Below are positions 57,106 through 64,000 of a stretch of 64,000 bases of DNA, piece by piece. The notes under the pieces were generated by a model. That model searched no databases. It worked only from the letters and a program-made list of their open reading frames with translations, and had not been told where the DNA came from. The DNA lies in assembly GCF_035695185.1 (NCBI RefSeq), contig NZ_DASSES010000105.1, positions 1,107 to 65,106 on the forward strand, written 5' to 3'. The stretch is from Frateuria sp. GTDB lineage: Bacteria; Pseudomonadota; Gammaproteobacteria; Xanthomonadales; Rhodanobacteraceae. The translations under genes and the position numbers were made by a program. Every line of letters begins with the position of its first letter. Position 1 is the stretch's first letter.

Positions 57106-57969
57106 ATGGACTGGCAAAAGGGCGAGCGCAGCCGCAACGTGGAGGTCGACAGCGGCCGCGGGGGCGGTGGTGGCTTCGGTTTCGGCGGTGGCCGTGGCCT
57201 GGGCATCGGCGGCCTGATCGTGCTGGCGATCCTGGGCTGGGTGTTCTTCAAGGACCCCACCGCGTTGCTCGATCAGGGCGGAACCGCGGGCCCGACCGCA
57301 CCGGTGAGCGAGCCGGCGCAGGTCGATCCGCAGCAACGCGACTTCGTCAGCGCGATCCTCGGTTCCACCGAGAAAACCTGGGGCGACATCTTCGCCGCCG
57401 GCGGGCGGCAGTACACCGACCCGAGGCTCGACCTGTTCAGCGGTGGCGTGCGCACCGCCTGCGGCCTGGCCTCCACGGCGGTGGGGCCGTTCTACTGTCC
57501 CGGGGACGAGAAGGTGTATCTGGACCTGTCCTTCTTCCGGGAGCTGCAGGACCGCTTCGGCGCCGCTGGCGACTTCGCCCGCGCCTACGTGATTGCTCAC
57601 GAAGTCGGCCATCACGTGCAGAAGCTGTTGGGCGTGTTCGACCGGGTGCAGCAGGCGCGCGAGCGGGGCGCCCCGATGGAAGGGGCCAATGGTCTGTCGG
57701 TGCGGCAGGAACTGCAGGCCGACTGCTTCGCCGGCGTGTGGGCCAACCGTAGCGAGCAGCGGCTGCACTGGCTGGAGGCGGGCGACGTGGAGGAGGCGCT
57801 CAACGCCGCCAGCCAGATCGGTGACGACACGCTGCAACGCGAAAGCCGGGGCGCGGTGGTGCCGGACTCGTTCACCCACGGTACCTCGGCCCAGCGCGTG
57901 AAATGGTTCAAGACCGGACTGGAAAGTGGGAAGGTGTCCAGCTGCGACACCTTCTCGGGTGATATCTGA
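57106..57969 (+). CDS. Neutral zinc metallopeptidase (YpfJ family)
   Basis: A Gly-rich N-terminus plus a TM helix, then FYCPGDEKVYLD and YVIAHEVGHHVQ (HExxH). Confidence 0.88.
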   Translation: MDWQKGERSRNVEVDSGRGGGGGFGFGGGRGLGIGGLIVLAILGWVFFKDPTALLDQGGTAGPTAPVSEPAQVDPQQRDFVSAILGSTEKTWGDIFAAGGRQYTDPRLDLFSGGVRTACGLASTAVGPFYCPGDEKVYLDLSFFRELQDRFGAAGDFARAYVIAHEVGHHVQKLLGVFDRVQQARERGAPMEGANGLSVRQELQADCFAGVWANRSEQRLHWLEAGDVEEALNAASQIGDDTLQRESRGAVVPDSFTHGTSAQRVKWFKTGLESGKVSSCDTFSGDI

Positions 57970-58169
57970 GGGCCGCCACAGGCGACGCGAATGGCCGACG
58001 CAGGGCGGAGCCGGGAAGCGCCCATCGAGCCTTGCGCTCCAAACCGACTGCGCGATAAACGTCTGCCTCCAAAGAGTTTTCCCGCACCCGCCACCCATCT
58101 TCCGCCGGGCCGCGCCACGCCCTAGAATCCGCGCGCCGCGCGCCAGGGGGTGCGCCTTCCGTTCGTCCC

Positions 58170-58556
58170 ATGGCCCATCCCTGCCTGAGTTGCGGCGCGT
58201 GCTGCGCCTTCTTCCGCATCGCCTTCCACTGGTCCGAGACCGATCCTTTCCTCGGTGGCACGGTGCCGGTCGAACTCACCGAGCAACTCGATCCGCACCG
58301 CGTGGTGATGCGCGGCACGCAATCCAGGCAGCCGCGCTGCGTGGCGCTGCAGGGAACCATCGGCGAGGCGGCCCACTGCGGCATCCATCCGATCAAGCCG
58401 TCGGTCTGCCGCGAGGTGGAGCCCTCGTGGGAGTTCGGCCGGCACAGCCCGCAGTGCGACAAGGGCCGCATCGCCCATGGCCTGCGGCCGTTGACGCCGG
58501 AAGACTGGCTCGATCCGTCCGGCGACAGCGCCCCGCCGCTGCCGCAGAGCGCCTGA
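58170..58556 (+). CDS. YkgJ family cysteine-cluster protein
   Basis: MAHPCLSCGACCAFFRIAF...CVALQG...HCGIHPIKPSVCREV. Confidence 0.8.
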   Translation: MAHPCLSCGACCAFFRIAFHWSETDPFLGGTVPVELTEQLDPHRVVMRGTQSRQPRCVALQGTIGEAAHCGIHPIKPSVCREVEPSWEFGRHSPQCDKGRIAHGLRPLTPEDWLDPSGDSAPPLPQSA

Positions 58557-58562
58557 GGCGCA

Positions 58563-59372
58563 TCAGGCGGGCTGCAGCCCGCCCCGCGCCCCATCGAAGC
58601 GGTAGATGTCCATCGCCAGGATGCCGTGGTCGATGCCGGCATCGATACGCCGTGCGCGCGGTTGCGCGCCGGCAGCGCCGAGCGCCACGAACAGCGGCAG
58701 CAGGTGCTCGTCGGTCGGATGCGCGCGCTGGGCAAACGGGGCCTGGCGGCGGTAGTCGAGCAGCGCGCGCACGTCGCCGGCGGCCAGGCGCGCCTCGACC
58801 CAGGCAATGAACGGGCGCACGTAAGGCGCCTCACGCCCGGGTCCGTAGCCCATGCGCAGGTCGCCCAGGTTATGGGTGATGCTTCCCGAACCGATGACCA
58901 GCACGCCTTCGTCGCGCAAGGGCGCCAGCGCGCGGCCGACCGCCAGGTGATGCGCCGGATCGCGGTCCGGCTGGATCGAGATCGGCACCACCGGGATGTC
59001 CGCTTCCGGATAAAGCAGGCGCAGCGGAACCCAGACGCCGTGGTCCAGGCCCTGTTGCGGATCGAGCACGGGCTCCAGATCCGCCTGCGCGAGCAGGCCC
59101 TGCACGCGCTCGGCGAGGGCCGGGGCGCCCGGTGCGGGGTAGCGGATCTCGTACAGCGCGGCGGGAAAGCCGAAGAAGTCGTGCACCGTTTCCGGTTGCG
59201 CCGCGCCGCCCACCCGGGGCCGCGAGCCCAGCCAATGGGCGGTGGCGATCACGATCGCTCGAGGGCGCGGCAATGCGGCGGCCAGTTCGGCCAGGCGCTC
59301 GCGCACGGAACCGGGCTGCAGCGCGGTCATCGGGGAGCCGTGAGAGATGTAGAGGCTGGGCAGGGCGGTCAT
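58563..59372 (-). CDS. ygiD: 4,5-DOPA dioxygenase extradiol family protein (YgiD-like)
   Basis: Start at ATG 59372 (MTALPSLYISHGSPM...ATAHW...DHGVWVPL...GSGSITHNL). Confidence 0.8.
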   Translation of the reverse strand: MTALPSLYISHGSPMTALQPGSVRERLAELAAALPRPRAIVIATAHWLGSRPRVGGAAQPETVHDFFGFPAALYEIRYPAPGAPALAERVQGLLAQADLEPVLDPQQGLDHGVWVPLRLLYPEADIPVVPISIQPDRDPAHHLAVGRALAPLRDEGVLVIGSGSITHNLGDLRMGYGPGREAPYVRPFIAWVEARLAAGDVRALLDYRRQAPFAQRAHPTDEHLLPLFVALGAAGAQPRARRIDAGIDHGILAMDIYRFDGARGGLQPA

Positions 59373-59450
59373 GTTCGTACCTCGCGAAGCCCGCTCGCGG
59401 GCCATGGTCTGCGCAGAGATCGGGGCGCACCCGCCGGCCGCAAGCGGCTG

Positions 59451-61073
59451 CTACAGGGACCGCTCCGCCAACGGCCGCCCCAGGCCAAGCCGCAGCGGAT
59501 CGAGCAGCCGGCCGTAGCGTTCGGCACGCGCGGTGTCGCGGTCGAGCGGCTGGCGCACCTGCGCGGCACTGGGCGTGCGGATCGCGCGCATGGTGCGGTG
59601 GAACGCCAGGCACGCGGCATCGAACGGCAGCTCGCAGAAGTCCAGCAGGGCGCGGATCTCGCCTTCCAGATCGGCGAGCAGGGCTTCGTAGCCCTGGGTG
59701 CGGATGCGTTCCGGCACGGCGGCCCGCCACCGGTCCAGCGCCGCCTCGTAATCGCGCACGTAGGCGGCGATGTCGGTCAGCGTGCAGGCGAAATGCGGCA
59801 GCCGGTAGAACTGCTGCTTGAAGCACGACCAGCCCGCCTCCAGCGCGTCGCGCCGCACGTCGACGATGCGCGCGCCCGGCAGCATCGCGCCCAGTATGCC
59901 GGCGTAGAGCCAGTTCTCCGGCAGCTTGTCGGTAAAGCGCGGGCGCTGCCTGCGCCACCGGGCGGTCCGCTCGAGATAGCGCAGGCCCAGGCGCTGCCAG
60001 TCCGGTGCGGTCGCCGCCGGCACCCAGCGCGGGAACGGCTGGCCGCGCCGGACCGATTCCTCCACCAGCACCTCGCCCAGGTCCGGCAGCTCGCTGGCAC
60101 CTTCCACCTGCGGGTGCGCGGCGAGGATCTGCTCGAACAGGGTCGAGCCGGAGCGCGGCAGGCCGACGATGAAGATCGCTTCCTCGCCCAGCCGGGGCGC
60201 GACCGGCGCCGGCAGCTTCGTGCCGGCGTCGACCACCGAATCGACGAAGGCATGGAAGCCGCCGGCGTGCCAGGGGGCCATGCGACGCTGGCGCGCGTTG
60301 GCGTCGCTCAGGGCGGCGAAGGCATCCTCGTAGCGGCCCTGGTCCTCATTGACCTTGCCCAGCGCGAAGCCGATCGCGATGCGATCGGCTTCGCCGAGGT
60401 CACTGCGCCCGAGCAGGCCGGCGAGGCGCGAGCGGTCCTCGTCCGAAAGCGGCCGCGTCTTGATGTTGGCCAAGCCACGCCAGGCGTCCCCGCAGGCCGG
60501 GTGGAGCGCGAGCGCGACGCGGTAGCGGCGGTCCGCCTCGTCGAAGCGTCCCAGGTGGACCAGGGCATCACCCAGCAGGACATGGGCGGGCAGCAGCGTC
60601 GGTTCCAGGGCACAGGCGCGTTCGAGCGCCTCCACGGCAGGCTCGGTGTGGCCGAGCACCTGCAGGTTGCGCCCGAGGTTGAACCAGCCCATGGGATAGT
60701 CCGGCGCCAGCGCGCAGGCCTCTCGCCAGTGCGCCAGCGCGGCGTCGACATCGCCGGCCGCTTGCTCGGCATTGGCCAGGTCGGTGAGCGCCAGCGGGTC
60801 GTCCGGCCACTGCCGCAGGGCTTCGCCCAGCGTGTCGCGCGCGGCCCCGTACTGCCGCCCGCGGGTATGCAGGATGCCGAGCAGGCGGAGCGCTTCGGGG
60901 TGTGCGGGCGCCTCCGCCAGTACGGCGTCGAGCACCTGCCGTGCCGGTGCCAGCGCACCGTCGCGGATGGACCGGGCGGCCATCTCGAGCTGCTGGCGCA
61001 GTCCCGGCGACAGGCCCGCGGCACGGGTGGCCATGTCGGTCGGATGCTCGGGGCGGGGCCAGGAAGCGGGCAT
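59451..61073 (-). CDS. TPR-repeat protein fused to a PAPS-dependent sulfotransferase domain
   Basis: The N-terminal half has TPR repeats (EALRLLGILHTRGRQYGAARDTLGEAL...). The C-terminal half has the 5'-PSB loop IFIVGLPRSGSTLFEQIL and later sulfotransferase blocks (VDVRRDALEAGWSCFKQ). ATG 61073 or 61034 is the start. Confidence 0.85.
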   Translation of the reverse strand: MPASWPRPEHPTDMATRAAGLSPGLRQQLEMAARSIRDGALAPARQVLDAVLAEAPAHPEALRLLGILHTRGRQYGAARDTLGEALRQWPDDPLALTDLANAEQAAGDVDAALAHWREACALAPDYPMGWFNLGRNLQVLGHTEPAVEALERACALEPTLLPAHVLLGDALVHLGRFDEADRRYRVALALHPACGDAWRGLANIKTRPLSDEDRSRLAGLLGRSDLGEADRIAIGFALGKVNEDQGRYEDAFAALSDANARQRRMAPWHAGGFHAFVDSVVDAGTKLPAPVAPRLGEEAIFIVGLPRSGSTLFEQILAAHPQVEGASELPDLGEVLVEESVRRGQPFPRWVPAATAPDWQRLGLRYLERTARWRRQRPRFTDKLPENWLYAGILGAMLPGARIVDVRRDALEAGWSCFKQQFYRLPHFACTLTDIAAYVRDYEAALDRWRAAVPERIRTQGYEALLADLEGEIRALLDFCELPFDAACLAFHRTMRAIRTPSAAQVRQPLDRDTARAERYGRLLDPLRLGLGRPLAERSL

Positions 61074-61242
61074 GGCAGGCCTTGAGGACGAAAACGCCGA
61101 TGGTACGTGCAGGAACCGGTCCCGTGCGTGATGCCCCCGGGGCGGCCGTCCCGCGCCGCACATGTCCCATGCGCAGGCTGGCGCAAGTCTGCTAGCTTGT
61201 CCGCTTCGCCCGCGCCGCGCGGGCCAGGAACATGCCCGTCCG

Positions 61243-62145
61243 ATGCAACGCCTGTCCCACCTCGACGATCTGGAAGCGGAGAGCATCCAGATACTTCGTG
61301 AAGTGTTCGCCTGTTTCGACCGTCCGGTGATGCTCTATTCCATCGGCAAGGACTCCACGGTGCTGCTGCACCTGCTGCGCAAGGCCAGCCGTCCGGCGCG
61401 TCCGCCGCTGCCGCTGCTGCACGTGGACACCACCTGGAAGTTCCGCGAGATGATCGCCTTTCGTGATCGCGTGGCGGCCGCAGGCGACGTCGAGATGCTG
61501 GTGCACGTGAACCAGGAGGGCGTGCGCCAGGGCATCTCGCCGCTGACCCATGGCTCGGCGGTGCACACCGATGTGATGAAGACCCAGGCGCTGAAGCAGG
61601 CGCTGGATCACTACCGGTTCGACGCGGCGATCGGTGGCGCCCGCCGCGACGAGGAAAAGTCGCGCGCCAAGGAGCGCGTCTTTTCGTTCCGCAGCGCGCA
61701 GCATCGCTGGGACCCGAAGCAGCAGCGGCCCGAGCTGTGGCGCAGCTGGAACACCCGGATCCGCCAGGGCGAGAGCGTGCGGGTGTTTCCGCTGTCGAAC
61801 TGGACCGAACTGGACGTGTGGGAATACATCCGCCGCGAGAAGATCGACGTGGTGCCGCTGTATTTCGCGAAGGAGCGGCCGGTGGTGCAGCGCGACGGCG
61901 CGCTGATCATGGTGGACGACGAGCGCTTCGTGCTGCGCGAAGGCGAGCGCGTCGAGCGGCGGCGGGTGCGATTCCGCACGCTGGGCTGTTATCCCCTCAC
62001 CGGCGCGATCGAGTCGGAGGCCGACTCGCTGGACGCGATCATCGAGGAGATGCGCGCCTCGCGCAGTTCCGAGCGGCAGGGGCGCATCATCGACCACGAC
62101 GGCGGCAGCTCGATGGAGCGCAAGAAGCAGGAGGGCTACTTCTGA
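61243..62145 (+). CDS. cysD: Sulfate adenylyltransferase subunit 2
   Basis: Start at ATG 61243 ([21 protein letters not shown]...[15 protein letters not shown]), a PP-loop SxGxDS motif. Confidence 0.95.
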   Translation: MQRLSHLDDLEAESIQILREVFACFDRPVMLYSIGKDSTVLLHLLRKASRPARPPLPLLHVDTTWKFREMIAFRDRVAAAGDVEMLVHVNQEGVRQGISPLTHGSAVHTDVMKTQALKQALDHYRFDAAIGGARRDEEKSRAKERVFSFRSAQHRWDPKQQRPELWRSWNTRIRQGESVRVFPLSNWTELDVWEYIRREKIDVVPLYFAKERPVVQRDGALIMVDDERFVLREGERVERRRVRFRTLGCYPLTGAIESEADSLDAIIEEMRASRSSERQGRIIDHDGGSSMERKKQEGYF

Positions 62146-63974
62146 TGGCCGAGGGCCTGCTTCGCTTCATTACCTGCGGCAGCGTCGACGACGGCAAGAG
62201 CACGCTGCTCGGCCGCCTGCTGTACGACGCCGGCATGCTCGCCGACGACCAGCTCGACGCGCTGCGCCGCGACAGCCGCAAGCGCGGGGGCGAGGCGCTG
62301 GATTTCGCCCTGGTGACCGATGGGCTGGACGCCGAGCGCGAGCAGGGCATCACCATCGACGTGGCCTGGCGTTATTTCCACACCGCCCGGCGCAGCTTCA
62401 TCGTCGGCGATTGTCCGGGCCACGAGCAGTACACCCGCAACATGGCCACCGGCGCCTCGCAGGTGGACCTGGCGGTAGTGCTGGTCGATGCCCGCAAGGG
62501 GTTGCTGCCGCAGACCCGCCGGCACACCTACATCTGCGCACTGTTGGGCATTCGCCGGGTCATCCTGGCGGTCAACAAGATGGATCTGGTCGGGCTCGAT
62601 GCTGGCGTCTACGCCTCCATCGTGGAGCCCTACCACGCGCTGGCCGCGTCGCTGGGCATCGAGTCGGTCAACGCGCTGCCCGTGGTGGCGCCCGACGGCG
62701 ACAACGTGGGCCTGCGCTCGACCCGGATGCCCTGGTACCAGGGGCCGAGTCTGCTCGAGCTGCTCGACACTTTAGACGCCAGGGCGGAGCCGCCCACGCG
62801 GTTCCGCCTGCCGGTGCAGTGGGTCAACCGCCCGGACCAGCACTTCCGCGGCTACGCCGGCACGGTCTGTGGCGGGCGCGTGGCGGTGGGCGAGGAGGTG
62901 CTGGTCCAGCCGGGTGGGCAGCGCGCGCGGGTCGAGCGCATCGTCGGGCCGTCGGCCGAGCTTGCGCAGGCATCGGCCGGACAGGCCGTCACCCTGTGCC
63001 TGGATCGCGAACTGGACATCAGCCGGGGTGACGTGATCAGTGCCGCCGCGCAGCCGGCGCCGGTCGCCGACCAGTTCGGCTGCCACCTGGTCTGGTTTGG
63101 CGATGCGCCACTGCTGCCCGGCCGCAGCTATCTGCTGCGCCTGGGCACGGCGACGGTCAACGCGCGGGTCACCACGATCAAGCACAAGATCGACATCAAC
63201 ACGCAGGCGCCGCTGGCCGCACGACGGTTGCTGCTGAACGAGGTCGGCTACTGCAACATCGATCTCGACCGGCCGGTCGCGTTCGAACGCTACGCGGACA
63301 ACCGCACGCTGGGCGGCTTCATCCTCATCGACCGCCAGAGCCAGGCGACGGTCGCCTGCGGCATGCTCGACTTCGCCCTGCACCGCGCGACCAACATCCA
63401 CTGGCAGCACACCGACGTGGACAAGTCCACGCGCGCGCTGGCCAAGGGGCAGCAGCCGATCTGCCTGTGGTTCACGGGCCTGTCCGGCGCGGGCAAGTCG
63501 ACCATCGCGAACCTGGTCGAACGGAAGCTGGCCGCGCAGGGCTTCCATACCTACCTGCTGGACGGCGACAACCTGCGCCACGGGCTCAACGTGGACCTGG
63601 GCTTCACCGCCGAGGCGCGCGTGGAGAACGTGCGCCGCGTCGCCGAAGTGGCGCACCTGATGGTCGATGCCGGGCTGGTGGTGCTGGTTTGCGTGATCTC
63701 GCCGTTTGCCGGCGAGCGCGAGTTCGCACGCAGGCGCTTCGCCGAGGGTGAGTTCATCGAAGTGTTCGTGGACACGCCGCTGGCCGAATGCGAGCAGCGC
63801 GATCCCAAGGGACTCTACGCCAAGGCGCGTGCCGGCAGGATCAGCAATTTCACCGGCATCGACTCGCCCTACGAACGGCCGACGGCGGCGGAGCTGCACC
63901 TGCAGGCGGCAGGGCAGCGCGCCGAGCAGCTCGCCGAGCAGGTGCTGGCGTACCTGCAGGAGCGGTTGGGCTAG
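62145..63974 (+). CDS. cysN: Bifunctional sulfate adenylyltransferase subunit 1 / adenylylsulfate kinase (CysN-CysC fusion)
   Basis: The ATG overlaps the cysD stop. GTPase motifs are [14 protein letters not shown] and NKMD. The C-terminal APS kinase has the P-loop [13 protein letters not shown]. Confidence 0.95.
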   Translation: MAEGLLRFITCGSVDDGKSTLLGRLLYDAGMLADDQLDALRRDSRKRGGEALDFALVTDGLDAEREQGITIDVAWRYFHTARRSFIVGDCPGHEQYTRNMATGASQVDLAVVLVDARKGLLPQTRRHTYICALLGIRRVILAVNKMDLVGLDAGVYASIVEPYHALAASLGIESVNALPVVAPDGDNVGLRSTRMPWYQGPSLLELLDTLDARAEPPTRFRLPVQWVNRPDQHFRGYAGTVCGGRVAVGEEVLVQPGGQRARVERIVGPSAELAQASAGQAVTLCLDRELDISRGDVISAAAQPAPVADQFGCHLVWFGDAPLLPGRSYLLRLGTATVNARVTTIKHKIDINTQAPLAARRLLLNEVGYCNIDLDRPVAFERYADNRTLGGFILIDRQSQATVACGMLDFALHRATNIHWQHTDVDKSTRALAKGQQPICLWFTGLSGAGKSTIANLVERKLAAQGFHTYLLDGDNLRHGLNVDLGFTAEARVENVRRVAEVAHLMVDAGLVVLVCVISPFAGEREFARRRFAEGEFIEVFVDTPLAECEQRDPKGLYAKARAGRISNFTGIDSPYERPTAAELHLQAAGQRAEQLAEQVLAYLQERLG

Positions 63975-64000
63975 CGCGGGCTGGCGCGTGCCGCTTGCCG

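Noticed and set aside
61074-61242. Possible riboswitch or leader upstream of cysD
   Set aside because: No recognisable SAM, sulfur-related or other riboswitch consensus is present, and the spacer is short. It is most simply a divergent promoter region.

Overview
This is a 64-kb, very G+C-rich chromosomal segment (about 68-70% judged by eye, not computed). Gene content and repeat families look like a Xanthomonadales/Lysobacterales-type gammaproteobacterium, which is an inference. About 60 protein genes can be supported. I saw no rRNA, tRNA, CRISPR array, transposase or integrase. Many long ORFs in the track are antisense or out-of-frame shadow ORFs typical of high-GC DNA, and several real genes start well inside the listed ORF.

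Conserved housekeeping blocks:
- miaB-ybeZ(phoH)-ybeY-corC, followed by a DUF4105/Lnb-like gene where lnt normally sits
- Rrf2 regulator-sufB-(ACT-domain gene)-sufC-sufD-sufS
- amgK-murU, cysD-cysNC, ligD, corA, maf

Unusual modules worth follow-up:
1. 18.7-19.9 kb: an OphMA/SonM-like peptide alpha-N-methyltransferase followed by a 97-aa stand-alone precursor-like ORF. This looks like a split borosin RiPP pair. A periplasmic-sensor diguanylate cyclase follows immediately.
2. 0-7.9 kb: two tandem type IVa pilin genes embedded between three GT-C-type membrane glycosyltransferase candidates (two of them with TMTC-like TPR domains) and a PglK/MsbA-like ABC exporter. This is a candidate pilin glycosylation locus of a non-TfpO/PglL type.
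3. 52.9-55.7 kb: a three-gene island with a DUF2235/Tle1-like phospholipase, a signal-peptide protein and a coiled-coil membrane protein. A sharp G+C drop begins in the middle of the phospholipase gene.
4. 59.5-64.0 kb: a TPR-sulfotransferase divergent from the PAPS-synthesis genes cysD-cysNC.
5. REP-like palindromic elements of two types, including copies bracketing a DUF559 endonuclease-like gene and a 3 x 40-bp tandem array abutting the miaB stop codon.

All family assignments come from motif recognition by eye, with no database search.
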